NCBI GenBank assembly: GCA_965662175.1
Contig: CBFIGT010000002.1
Location: forward strand, 1 to 61,353
From: Arcobacter sp.
GTDB lineage: Bacteria; Campylobacterota; Campylobacteria; Campylobacterales; Arcobacteraceae
DNA length: 61,353 nucleotides
Reading direction: 5' to 3'
Shown piece by piece: positions 10,212-20,049 of the stretch (its first letter is position 1; each line of letters starts with the position of its first letter). Position numbers and translations under genes: made by a program. Below the pieces are notes generated by a model that did not search any database, had not been told where the DNA came from, and worked only from the letters and a program-made list of their open reading frames with translations.

Positions 10212-11681
10212 ATGAATTTCTCGGATTTCAATTTTAAAAAAGATTTACAAAAGGCGATTGATGACGCTGGTTTTAAACAACCAAGTCCTATTCAAGCTGA
10301 TGCTATTCCTGTAGTCTTACAAGGTAAAGATATTGTTGGTCAAGCACAAACAGGAACTGGTAAAACAGCTGCATTTGGTCTTCCAATGATTAATATGATG
10401 AAAGGTAACTTAGGCGTTGAAGCTGTAGTTATTGTTCCAACAAGAGAGCTTGCAATGCAAGTTAGTGATGAGCTATTTAGATTTGGTAAAAACTGTGGTG
10501 TAAACACTGCTACTGTTTATGGTGGACAATCTTATTCAATGCAATTAAGAAATATTGATAGAGCTTCAATTATAGTTGCAACTCCAGGTAGATTAATAGA
10601 TTTACTAAAGGGTAAGAAAATTGATATTAAACCATCTTTTGTAGTTTTAGATGAAGCTGATGAGATGTTAGATATGGGATTTCTTGATGATATTAAAGAA
10701 ATTTTTACATATTTACCAAAAGAGAGACAAACTCTATTATTTTCAGCAACAATGCCTCCTGCAATTAAAAAACTTGCACAAAATATTTTAGTTGAGCCTG
10801 AGTTTATAACAATTACAAAATCAGAAATGACAAACTCTAAGATTACACAAACTTTTTATGTTGTTGATGAGTATGAAAGAGATGATGCTTTAATTAGATT
10901 ATATGACTTTAAAAACCCAACAAAATCAATTATTTTTTGTAGAACAAAAAAAGAGGTTGATAGATTATCTACTTTCTTAGTTTCTCAAGGTCATATGGCT
11001 AAAGGTCTTCATGGAGATATGGAGCAAAGACAAAGAGAAGAGGTTATTAGATCATTTAAAAAAGGTGCATTAGATGTGCTTATTGCAACTGATGTTGCTG
11101 CACGTGGTCTTGATGTAAATGATGTATCTCATGTATTTAATTATCATTTACCATTTGATACAGAGTCTTATGTACATAGAATTGGTAGAACAGGACGAGC
11201 TGGTAAAGATGGTGTTGCTGTTTCAATTGTAACTCCACATGAGTTTAGAATGATTCAAAAAATTCAAGCAACAACTGGTGGAAAAATGGAAGCTAAAGTT
11301 GTTCCTAATATCAACTCAGTTAAAGAGAAAAAAACTACTAGCTTAAAAGGTAAAATTTCTGAGCAAAAAGTTTATGATTCAGGTATTGCATTAGTTGAGT
11401 CTTTAAAAGAAGAGAGTGACTTATCTACAATTGCTTATAAATTAGCATCTATTTTAACAAATGATACTTTTGTAAAAGGTAATAACTATATTGGTAAATC
11501 AGAGTCTGATATCGAAAGATTATTCGAAAGAATGAAAAATGATAGAGGTGATGGTGGAAACAGAGGTAGAGGTGGACAACAACGAAGAGGAAGATATGGA
11601 AACAATAGAAACGGAAATAGACCTTCAAACGGTGGTGGAAACAGAAATAGAAATGGTGGAGGAGGTAGAAGAAGAGATTAA
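10212..11681 (+). CDS. DEAD-box RNA helicase with RG/N-rich C-terminal tail
   Basis: Q motif, AQTGTGKT, PTRELA, DEAD, SAT, HRIGRTGRAG. Confidence 0.96.
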   Translation: MNFSDFNFKKDLQKAIDDAGFKQPSPIQADAIPVVLQGKDIVGQAQTGTGKTAAFGLPMINMMKGNLGVEAVVIVPTRELAMQVSDELFRFGKNCGVNTATVYGGQSYSMQLRNIDRASIIVATPGRLIDLLKGKKIDIKPSFVVLDEADEMLDMGFLDDIKEIFTYLPKERQTLLFSATMPPAIKKLAQNILVEPEFITITKSEMTNSKITQTFYVVDEYERDDALIRLYDFKNPTKSIIFCRTKKEVDRLSTFLVSQGHMAKGLHGDMEQRQREEVIRSFKKGALDVLIATDVAARGLDVNDVSHVFNYHLPFDTESYVHRIGRTGRAGKDGVAVSIVTPHEFRMIQKIQATTGGKMEAKVVPNINSVKEKKTTSLKGKISEQKVYDSGIALVESLKEESDLSTIAYKLASILTNDTFVKGNNYIGKSESDIERLFERMKNDRGDGGNRGRGGQQRRGRYGNNRNGNRPSNGGGNRNRNGGGGRRRD

Positions 11682-11902
11682 TCTCTTCTTTCTTCTTTAT
11701 AGTAGTTTTTAGCTACTTTTTTTGCTTTTTTAAAAGCTTCTTTGGTATCTTTACCAAATCCTCTAAAAACTCCATCTTTCCCAAAAAATTCAATTATCTC
11801 TAATTTCCCTTTTTTAATATCTACAATTCTAAAAATGTCAAATTCATTTTTTACTTTAGATACTTTAGGAAATTCGTTTTCAGTAAGTATTCTAACAGAC
11901 AT
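11678..11902 (-). CDS. Hypothetical protein (74 aa)
   Basis: AAAGGA SD before ATG; plausible composition; 4-nt convergent overlap with the helicase stop. Confidence 0.7.
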   Translation of the reverse strand: MSVRILTENEFPKVSKVKNEFDIFRIVDIKKGKLEIIEFFGKDGVFRGFGKDTKEAFKKAKKVAKNYYKEERRD

Positions 11903-12149
11903 TTTATTCCTTTTCTCTATATTTTATACCTATTATAGTTTTTTTATTATAAAATTATACTTAATTTAAAATTAATTTAAGAAAAAATTTAGAAATTTAG
12001 AAATTTAAATAGAATATAATATAGTGAAATGAAATATAATAAAGCTTTAGTATATATTAGTTTAAGTTTTGTTTAATATTTCTGTAAATATTTAGCCAAT
12101 ATAATAATAGACTTATTAAATTACAAAATGATTACTTAAAAGGATATCT

Positions 12150-13730
12150 TTGGATTTTAACACAATTGAAAAAATGAATAAGGCTACTGATAAATCTCTT
12201 CCGGGATTTGCAAAAGTATCTTTAGCACTTTTGTTTATAGTTATAGTTTTCTTATGGAGCTATGCTTCTCACGATTCGATGCCTAATAATACTTTCTTAG
12301 TTATTGGTGCTGTTTTTGGTGCTTATATGGCTATGAATATTGGTGCAAATGATGTTGCTAATAATGTAGGTCCTGCTGTTGGTGCAAAAGCTATGACTTT
12401 GATGTGGGCAATTATTATTGCTGCTATATTTGAAGCTGCTGGTGCTTTTATTGCAGGTGGCGATGTTGTTAAGACTATTAAAAAAGGGATAATCGACCCT
12501 GCTTTAATATCTGACCCACAAATATTTGTTTGGGCTATGACAGCTGCTTTATTAGCTGCTGCTTTATGGCTAAACTTTGCTACGTCTATTGGTGCCCCTG
12601 TTTCAACAACTCACTCTATTGTAGGTGGTGTTATGGGTGCTGGTATTGCTGCTGCTGGTTTTTCTATTGTAGCTTGGGATACTATGGGTATGATTGCTGC
12701 TTCTTGGGTAATCTCTCCATTGTTAGGTGGGATAATTGCGGCATCATTTCTTTATTTTATTAAAAAGAAAATTATGTTTAAAGAGGATATGGTTGAATCT
12801 GCTAAAAAATTTGTGCCATATTTAATTGCATTTATGACTTGGGCTTTTTCTACTTATTTAATTTTAAAAGGTATTAAAAGACTTATTAAGCTTGATTTCT
12901 TTAGTGCAGCAGGTATTGCTTTGATAATTGCAATTATTGTATTTATTGTTGTTAAACCTGTTATTATGAAAGCTGCGGATAAAATTGAAAATAATAGAGC
13001 TGGTATTAACTCACTATTTACTATTCCTCTTATTTTTTCAGCTGCTTTATTATCATTTGCCCATGGTGCAAATGATGTTGCTAATGCAATTGGACCTTTA
13101 GCTGCTATTAATGATGCTTTAACTAATTCAGCAATCTCATCTAAAGTTGGTATTCCATTTTGGGTTATGGCTGTTGGTGCTGTTGGTATTGCTGTTGGAT
13201 TAGCATTATATGGACCTAAGCTTATTAAAACTGTAGGTTCTGAAATCACAGAGCTTGACCAAGTTAGAGCCTTTTCTATTGCAATGGCTGCTGCTATTAC
13301 TGTTATTATTGCATCTCAGTTAGGTTTACCTGTTTCTTCAACACATATTGCTATTGGTGGTGTTTTTGGTGTTGGTTTCTTAAGGGAATGGTTAGATTCA
13401 TCTGAAGAGAGATTTTTAAAAGATATTAGACAAAAGTTTAAAAAAGATAAAAAAATCTTAGAGAAGTATGAGGAAGAGTTAGGAAAAATATTACAATCTA
13501 ATGATAAATCTAAAAAAGAGTACAAAAGAATTGTTGAACTACATAATTTAATTGATCAAAAAAATGAACAAGTTTTATTAGAGAAAAAAGAGTTCAAATC
13601 AGCTAAAAGAGTTAAGTATGTTAAAAGAGATGCTGTTAAAAAGATTATTGCTGCTTGGATTATAACAGTTCCTGCTGCTGCTATACTATCAGCTTCTGTT
13701 TTCTTTATGATTAAAGGTATTATGCTTTAA
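12150..13730 (+). CDS. PiT-family inorganic phosphate transporter
   Basis: Two GANDVAN signatures, PVSTTH/PVSSTH; TTG start behind AAAGGA. Confidence 0.94.
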   Translation: MDFNTIEKMNKATDKSLPGFAKVSLALLFIVIVFLWSYASHDSMPNNTFLVIGAVFGAYMAMNIGANDVANNVGPAVGAKAMTLMWAIIIAAIFEAAGAFIAGGDVVKTIKKGIIDPALISDPQIFVWAMTAALLAAALWLNFATSIGAPVSTTHSIVGGVMGAGIAAAGFSIVAWDTMGMIAASWVISPLLGGIIAASFLYFIKKKIMFKEDMVESAKKFVPYLIAFMTWAFSTYLILKGIKRLIKLDFFSAAGIALIIAIIVFIVVKPVIMKAADKIENNRAGINSLFTIPLIFSAALLSFAHGANDVANAIGPLAAINDALTNSAISSKVGIPFWVMAVGAVGIAVGLALYGPKLIKTVGSEITELDQVRAFSIAMAAAITVIIASQLGLPVSSTHIAIGGVFGVGFLREWLDSSEERFLKDIRQKFKKDKKILEKYEEELGKILQSNDKSKKEYKRIVELHNLIDQKNEQVLLEKKEFKSAKRVKYVKRDAVKKIIAAWIITVPAAAILSASVFFMIKGIML

Positions 13731-13791
13731 TTATCTTTTCTTATTAAACAACCTTATGATAATATTCCATTTATTATCATAAGGATTTTCT

Positions 13792-14709
13792 ATCAGTGCT
13801 TTAATCTCAGTTGCTACTATTTATCTTTTTATTATTATTGGATACATTTTTAAACGTCATTTTAAAGAGCAAGTCCATGAAAGAACTTTAGTATTATTAA
13901 GTCTTTACTTTTTTTCTCCTATTCTTATATTTTGGGGTCTTACAAGAGAGCCTATTAATGCAGAGTTTTTTACTTCACCTATTATTTATTTTATTGCTGT
14001 ATTTATTACTCTAATTATTGCTGTATTTTATGCAAAGTTTTTATTCAAAAATGAGCGTGAGGATAAAAATATATTTTTAGCTAGTTCATTAGTTGGAAAT
14101 ACAGGAAATCTTGGTATCCCACTTGGTATTGCACTTTTTGGTGTACAAAGTGTTCCTTATACCTCTTTATTAAATATTGCAAATGTATTTTATATCTATA
14201 TTTTTTCTGTTTATTTTTTTGCAGGTGATAAGTTTAATTTTGTTAATGCTATAAAAGAAATTCTAAAAATACCTGCTATTCATGCCGCTTTTTTAGCTTT
14301 ATTATATAACTATTTTGGATTTACTTTAAATAATGATTTTGAGAAGCTATTTACAATGGGTGCTTATGCTGCTATTGCTTTACAGTTAGTTATATTTGGT
14401 GTTTTTATTTCACAGGTAAAAGTAAAAACCGCAAATTGGAAATTATCACTTAATATCTCTCTTTTTAAACATCTGTTGCTTCCATATATTGGATTGATTG
14501 TTATTTTACAGTTTGATATTGACCCTTTAATAGCTGCTGTTATATTTTTAGAGTTAACAGTCCCTTTAGCTGTAAATAATATAAATCTAGCCTCTTTATA
14601 TAATTGTAAACCTATTGATACAACATTTGCTGTTTTAGTTACTTCTGCTGTTTTTATTGCTTTTGTTTATTTTTATATTATTACTATAAAACATTTTTTC
14701 GGGATTTAA
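13792..14709 (+). CDS. AEC (auxin efflux carrier)-family permease, 305 aa, apparent ATC start
   Basis: Frame of track ORF 14356 is open back to TAA 13780-13782; contains GNTGNLGIPLGIALFG; AAGGA lies 6 nt before ATC 13792; no in-frame ATG/GTG/TTG before 14356. Confidence 0.8.
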   Translation: MSALISVATIYLFIIIGYIFKRHFKEQVHERTLVLLSLYFFSPILIFWGLTREPINAEFFTSPIIYFIAVFITLIIAVFYAKFLFKNEREDKNIFLASSLVGNTGNLGIPLGIALFGVQSVPYTSLLNIANVFYIYIFSVYFFAGDKFNFVNAIKEILKIPAIHAAFLALLYNYFGFTLNNDFEKLFTMGAYAAIALQLVIFGVFISQVKVKTANWKLSLNISLFKHLLLPYIGLIVILQFDIDPLIAAVIFLELTVPLAVNNINLASLYNCKPIDTTFAVLVTSAVFIAFVYFYIITIKHFFGI

Positions 14710-14710
14710 T

Positions 14711-16489
14711 ATGTGTGGTATTTTAGGTTCAAATTTTATTAGTGATAATTTTAATTTAGCTCTTGATAATCTGAATAATAGAGGTCCTGATTATAGTAAG
14801 AGTTTAGTATATGACAATTATCAATTTGGTCATACTCGTTTAGCTATTATTGATTTGGATGATGAAGCTAATCAACCTATGGAGTTTGATGATATTATTT
14901 TAGTTTTTAATGGAGAAATTTATAACTTTAAAGAGTTGATTATAAGTGAAAAGTTATCATGTCTTACTAACTCTGATAGTGAAGTTATAATTAGACTTTA
15001 TCAAAAATATGGTATTGAGTTTTTAAATAAATTAAATGGTATGTTTGCCTTTGCTTTATATGATAAAACTCTTTCAAAACTTTTTTGTGCAAGGGATAGA
15101 TATGGTAAAAAACCATTTTTTTACTATTTTAAAGATAATAAATTTATATTTTCATCTTCTATAAAATCTATCATAAAAATTTTGGGTTTTACTCCAAGTT
15201 TAAATAAAGTAGCTCTTTCTCAATATCTACAATACTTTGTGCCTTTAAATGAAAATAGTTTTTATTCTGATATAAAAAAACTAGAAGCCTCCTCTTATAT
15301 GATTTTTCAAAACTCCTCTATTCATATAAAAAAGTACTATAAGATTAAAACCTACAAAAGAGTTTTTGATGAAACTCTTGCTCTTAGAGATATAGAAGAG
15401 TTGTTGTTTGATTCCATGAAGAGTAGATTAGTAGGTGATGTAGAGGTTGGATGTTTACTTAGTGGTGGTATTGATAGTAGTTTAGTTGCTGCTCTTTATA
15501 GTAAAATAAGTGGAAAAAAAGTTAATACTTTTTCTGTTGGATATAGTGATTATAAAAATTATTCAGAATTGAATTATGCTTTAAAAGCTGCAAAACATAT
15601 AGGCTCAAATCATCATCCTTTGGAGATATCTAAAAAAGAGTTTTTAGACTCATTTGAAACTACATTAGAAGCTCTTGAAGAGCCTCATGCTGATAGTGCT
15701 GCTATTCCTTTGTATTGTTTAACAAAAAAGATAAATAGTATGGGTATAAAGAGTGTGTTAAGTGGTGAGGGAAGTGATGAACTTTTTTTAGGTTATGATA
15801 ACTATTTTAAATTTTTAAAATATTATGAGTTTAAAAACTCTTTAAATTCAAATCAAAACAGTTTTTTAAATGAGATAATTGGTGCTTTGCAAAACAATAC
15901 AAAAGAGAGTGAATATCTAAGACGTGTTATAAAAGATGAAAATCTGTATAACTCTTTTGGCGAAATCTTCTCTTCATCACAAAAGAAAAGATTGTTTAAA
16001 AAAGTTCCTACTTTTAAAAGTGAAAAGTCAAAAAGTGATCCTGTTGATTGGATGAGTTATATTGATTTGAAAATCTGGTTAGGTGAAGCTCTTTTATCAA
16101 AAGTTGATAGGGTTTCTATGGCTAACTCTTTAGAAGTTAGAACACCATTTTTAGATTATAGATTAGTTGATTATATGTTTAGTGTTGATTCAAAACTAAA
16201 AATTGGAGATACAAACAAATATCTTTTAAAAAAGATTGCTTCAAAGTATATTCCTTTTGAAATTATTAACAGAACAAAAAAAGGATTTAATACTCCATAT
16301 AATGAATGGATTTTTGATGAGTATGGTGATGAACTTTTAAATGTTGTTTTAAAAGTGAATAGTGAAACAAATCTTTTTAATGAGCAATATTTAAGACAAA
16401 TTTTCAATCTTGCTAAAGAAAAGAAATTTAAACAGCATTTTTGGGCTATTTATTTATTCTCAAAATGGTATATTAAAACTTATTTATAA
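14711..16489 (+). CDS. asnB: Asparagine synthase (glutamine-hydrolysing) family amidotransferase
   Basis: N-terminal MCGI, RGPD, FNGEIYN, LSGGIDSS, SGEGSDE, EVRTPFLD. Confidence 0.9.
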   Translation: MCGILGSNFISDNFNLALDNLNNRGPDYSKSLVYDNYQFGHTRLAIIDLDDEANQPMEFDDIILVFNGEIYNFKELIISEKLSCLTNSDSEVIIRLYQKYGIEFLNKLNGMFAFALYDKTLSKLFCARDRYGKKPFFYYFKDNKFIFSSSIKSIIKILGFTPSLNKVALSQYLQYFVPLNENSFYSDIKKLEASSYMIFQNSSIHIKKYYKIKTYKRVFDETLALRDIEELLFDSMKSRLVGDVEVGCLLSGGIDSSLVAALYSKISGKKVNTFSVGYSDYKNYSELNYALKAAKHIGSNHHPLEISKKEFLDSFETTLEALEEPHADSAAIPLYCLTKKINSMGIKSVLSGEGSDELFLGYDNYFKFLKYYEFKNSLNSNQNSFLNEIIGALQNNTKESEYLRRVIKDENLYNSFGEIFSSSQKKRLFKKVPTFKSEKSKSDPVDWMSYIDLKIWLGEALLSKVDRVSMANSLEVRTPFLDYRLVDYMFSVDSKLKIGDTNKYLLKKIASKYIPFEIINRTKKGFNTPYNEWIFDEYGDELLNVVLKVNSETNLFNEQYLRQIFNLAKEKKFKQHFWAIYLFSKWYIKTYL

Positions 16490-16558
16490 ATACAAAATAA
16501 GATTTTAAAATGTAAAATAAATTATCCTTTTTAGGATATTAAATTTAAAGGTTTTTTT

Positions 16559-16855
16559 ATGACAGTTTTAATTCCAACTGATAGTGATGATAGATTTGGT
16601 TCTTTTATTGCAAGTATTGAAGAGAATAATTCATGGGCTTTTGTTACTTTGATTGAAGGTCAAATTGAAAGGTGCGAATTTTTTGATAGAAAAGAGGATG
16701 TTTTTGAGTGGATTGATTATGTGGTTGTATTAAATGAGCGAGAATATTTTTGGCCTTTTAAAGATGAGGGTGCAAAAATTCTTACTGTTAGTACAGAAAA
16801 AAGTATTGATGAAATTATTGAATCTTTTTTATTAAATAATTTAACAGAAATCTAA
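16559..16855 (+). CDS. Hypothetical acidic protein (98 aa)
   Basis: AAAGG SD, clean ORF; no motif confidently recognised. Confidence 0.75.
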   Translation: MTVLIPTDSDDRFGSFIASIEENNSWAFVTLIEGQIERCEFFDRKEDVFEWIDYVVVLNEREYFWPFKDEGAKILTVSTEKSIDEIIESFLLNNLTEI

Positions 16856-16867
16856 AATATTTTTTCT

Positions 16868-16926
16868 AACTCAAGATTATTTTTTATTTACTAATTAAGA
16901 TATTAGATAAAAAATAATCTTGAGTT
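16868..16926. repeat. Perfect 20-bp inverted repeat with 19-bp spacer
   Basis: AACTCAAGATTATTTTTTAT (16868-16887) and ATAAAAAATAATCTTGAGTT (16907-16926), followed by a T run. Confidence 0.9.
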
Positions 16927-16993
16927 TTTTTCTTAGATAATTATGTCTAGAAATATTTATATATATTTAGATATAATTTAAAACACCTTATTT

Positions 16994-17269
16994 ATGGATA
17001 GTATAATGGAAAAAAATAGAGTTGGTAGACCAGTTGAGAAATTAAATAGAAAAAAAATTGGTTTGTCTTTAGATGGAATAACTAATGATATTCTTGATGA
17101 TTTAAGTAAAAATCTTGGAAAAACAAAAAGCAAAATCGTAGAAGAAGCACTCTTTTTATATAATGAACATAATAAAAATATACAAAAAGAGCTTGATATT
17201 ATTAACAAAACAAAAGATGATCCATATTATAAATTAAAAGATATGTTATATACTACTTTAAAAAAATAA
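16994..17269 (+). CDS. Ribbon-helix-helix (CopG-like) DNA-binding protein
   Basis: GRP..RKKIGLSLD (beta strand) LDDLSKNLGKTKSKIVEEAL (two helices) pattern. Confidence 0.7.
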   Translation: MDSIMEKNRVGRPVEKLNRKKIGLSLDGITNDILDDLSKNLGKTKSKIVEEALFLYNEHNKNIQKELDIINKTKDDPYYKLKDMLYTTLKK

Positions 17270-17273
17270 AGGC

Positions 17274-18014
17274 TTAAAATCCATTTGGATCAAAACCATT
17301 ATTCATATTAAAACCTAAATCAAACTCATTTGAAAATGAGTTTTGCTGAAAAGTTTTATCTTCAAAACCATTTTGAATAGATTTCATTCTTAAGTTCATA
17401 ATATCAGTTTTTGGATCTATTCCTTGTGGGCATACTAATGTACAGTTTCCACATAAGGTACAATCCCAAACTCCATCATTTTGAATTTTTTCTAGTTTTG
17501 TAAATATACTCTCCTCTTTTTTGTCATTTACATATCTTAAAACTCTTGTTAGTGCATATGGACCTAAAAAATCTTTATTAATCTCATATACAGGACATGA
17601 ACTAAAGCAACTTTGACACAAAATACAATTACTTTGTATATCTATAGCTTTTTCATCTTTATTTGTTATTGTATTTGCTGATCTCTTTTCTAAATAAGTA
17701 TTTGCTTTTGTTAGTAGCTTTTCTTCATGTTTTAAATCAATAATCAAATCTTTTATTACTTTAGAGTTTTTAAGTGGTCCAATTTCATCATTATCTTTAA
17801 GACTACTTTTACATGCTAATCTCTCTACTCCATTGATTGTAATTGCACAAGAGCCACAAATACCACTTTTACAACCACATCTAAAGGCTAAACTATTGTC
17901 ATTATTCTCTTTTATATACTCTAAAGTATCAAGTGTACTTTTTGTGCTATTCTCTAATATATACTCATGAGTTTTTGATTCTTCCCCATTAAATCTTTTT
18001 ATTAGTAGTCTCAT
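17274..18014 (-). CDS. Succinate dehydrogenase/fumarate reductase-like iron-sulfur subunit
   Basis: CKSGICGSC..C [2Fe-2S]; CILCQSCFSSCP; CTLCGNCTLVCP. Confidence 0.9.
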   Translation of the reverse strand: MRLLIKRFNGEESKTHEYILENSTKSTLDTLEYIKENNDNSLAFRCGCKSGICGSCAITINGVERLACKSSLKDNDEIGPLKNSKVIKDLIIDLKHEEKLLTKANTYLEKRSANTITNKDEKAIDIQSNCILCQSCFSSCPVYEINKDFLGPYALTRVLRYVNDKKEESIFTKLEKIQNDGVWDCTLCGNCTLVCPQGIDPKTDIMNLRMKSIQNGFEDKTFQQNSFSNEFDLGFNMNNGFDPNGF

Positions 18015-19606
18015 TTTATTTCCTCAAAACTATGTATTGTTTTATTTTTACACTTTTGTATAATACTAATTTTTTCATAATCTTTATTCTCTTTTGGAAA
18101 ATCTTTCCTAAAGTGTGAACCCCTGCTCTCTTCTCTTTTAAGTGCTGAGATTGTAACTAGTTTAGAAATAGTAAGTAGATTTTTCAACTCAATATAATCT
18201 AGAAGATTTTTATTATATAGTTTGTTTTTATCTACTATTGATGAGAGTTCATATCTCTTATTTAATTCATCTATTATTTTAAGTGTATTCTCTAATTCAT
18301 CTTTTTCTCTATATAGCCCTACTTTACTAAAGAGTAGTTTACCTAAATCTTTTTTTATTTGATAAATTGATTCTTTCCCTTTTTTATCTAGTAGTTTATC
18401 TATATTTATAAAGTTCTCTTTATCTTTAGATTTATTTATTGCTATCTCTTTTGATTTTTTAGCTGAATTTACTCCACATAACTTTCCATTGCTTATAATT
18501 TCTAATAAAGAGTTTCCACCTAATCTATTTGCTCCATGTATATTCATCTGTGCACATTCACCAATTGCAAATAGATTTTTTATAGATGTTTCACATGAAA
18601 CATCACATAAAATTCCACCCATTGTATAGTGTGAAGCTGGATTAATTGGTATTAAATCTTTACTTACATCTAAGTTGATTATATCTTTTATAAGTTTTAT
18701 TTCTTGGGGCATTTTTTCTTTTAGTAGCTTTATATCAAGGTGTCTTAAATCCAAATAAACATCTTCATTATTAAGTAGTTTATCTTTTATAGCTCTCGCA
18801 ACAATATCCCTTGTGCTAAGTTCATCAACAAATCTTTTTCCATCTTTAGTTACTATATAAGCACCCTCTGCTCTTGCACTTTCACTTATTAATGTATTTG
18901 AGTATTTTAATGCAGTTGGATGAAATTGTACAAACTCCATATTTGATAGTTTAGCACCATTTTCATATGCTATTGCTATACCGTCTCCTGTAGTTGATGT
19001 AGAGTTAGTAGTGTATTTATTGTAAATATTCGAATATCCTCCAGTTGCTAATATAGTTGTTTTTGCATAGATATTACTTATTTCACTATTTAGAAGATTC
19101 ATTACTTTTACGCCATAAACTATATTATCTTCAACAATCAAATCAAGTAGTATATGTTCATTTAAAAATTCTATATTGTTTTTTATGCAATTGTCATACA
19201 AAGTGTGCAAAATTTTTAGTCCTGTATAATCTGAACTATAGCAAGTCCTGATAGCTTTTGTTCCACCAAAAGCTCTTTGTGCTATTTCATTTTTACTATT
19301 TCTACTAAATGGTACACCTAAATTATCAAGCCAAGTTATTGTTTCATTTGCATTATTGCATATAAGTTCTATGGCTTTTTTATTTGCTAATCCTTTAGAA
19401 GAGTTATAGGTATCATTTATATGATTTTCAACACTATCATTTATACTATTGTTTAATACAGCATTAATTCCACCTTGTGCTTGAACAGTTTGAGAATGTG
19501 TTGGATATGTTTTAGATACAAGTAAAACATTAGCACCCTGCTCTTTTGCACTTAAAGCAGCACTTAGTCCAGCACCACCTGAGCCTATTATAATTACATC
19601 AATCAT
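18011..19606 (-). CDS. Succinate dehydrogenase/fumarate reductase-like flavoprotein
   Basis: GSGGAG, AQGG, QFHPT, HYTMGG, HGANRLGGNSL, REESRGSH; start reassigned to ATG 19606 behind GGAG. Confidence 0.9.
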   Translation of the reverse strand: MIDVIIIGSGGAGLSAALSAKEQGANVLLVSKTYPTHSQTVQAQGGINAVLNNSINDSVENHINDTYNSSKGLANKKAIELICNNANETITWLDNLGVPFSRNSKNEIAQRAFGGTKAIRTCYSSDYTGLKILHTLYDNCIKNNIEFLNEHILLDLIVEDNIVYGVKVMNLLNSEISNIYAKTTILATGGYSNIYNKYTTNSTSTTGDGIAIAYENGAKLSNMEFVQFHPTALKYSNTLISESARAEGAYIVTKDGKRFVDELSTRDIVARAIKDKLLNNEDVYLDLRHLDIKLLKEKMPQEIKLIKDIINLDVSKDLIPINPASHYTMGGILCDVSCETSIKNLFAIGECAQMNIHGANRLGGNSLLEIISNGKLCGVNSAKKSKEIAINKSKDKENFINIDKLLDKKGKESIYQIKKDLGKLLFSKVGLYREKDELENTLKIIDELNKRYELSSIVDKNKLYNKNLLDYIELKNLLTISKLVTISALKREESRGSHFRKDFPKENKDYEKISIIQKCKNKTIHSFEEIK

Positions 19607-19608
19607 AT

Positions 19609-20049
19609 TTACTCCCAAAACTCTTTTAAATTCTTTGGTTTTTCATCTGTATCATTTATTATAATTCCCTCAATACTATCTAGTTTGTCAAGTAAAGTAG
19701 ATTTTTCTTCATTTACTTTATCTTTTGTTTTTATATTACTCTCTTCATTTATTACTACTTTATCATTATCAAATGACTCTTTTTCTTGGCTTATTGGCTC
19801 TTCATTATTTAAATCAAGTTTATTTATATCTTTATAAAGATTTGTTTCTATTGATTTTAGTTTTATATATTCAGCCATAATCAATTCATACTTCTCAAAA
19901 TCTAACATAATAAATGAGGGCTTTCCATCTCGTAGTATAACTGCCTTTTCAATTTCATGACTCTCTATTTTGTCAAATAATGCTTTACTCTTTCTAATCA
20001 ATTGTGTTGATGAAAACATTTCACTTGATTTATATTGTAAATAGTTCAT
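19609..20049 (-). CDS. Hypothetical protein with Phd/YefM-like N-terminus
   Basis: SSTQLIRK...EKAVILRDGKPSFIMLDFEKYE resembles the Phd/YefM DNA-binding pattern; acidic low-complexity tail. Confidence 0.55.
   Translation of the reverse strand: MNYLQYKSSEMFSSTQLIRKSKALFDKIESHEIEKAVILRDGKPSFIMLDFEKYELIMAEYIKLKSIETNLYKDINKLDLNNEEPISQEKESFDNDKVVINEESNIKTKDKVNEEKSTLLDKLDSIEGIIINDTDEKPKNLKEFWE

Noticed and set aside
11540..11680. Purine-rich repeats at the helicase 3' end
   Set aside because: Encode the ordinary RG/N-rich tail of DEAD-box helicases.
11985..12010. AAATTTAG short tandem repeat
   Set aside because: Low-complexity, 2-3 copies, no functional evidence.
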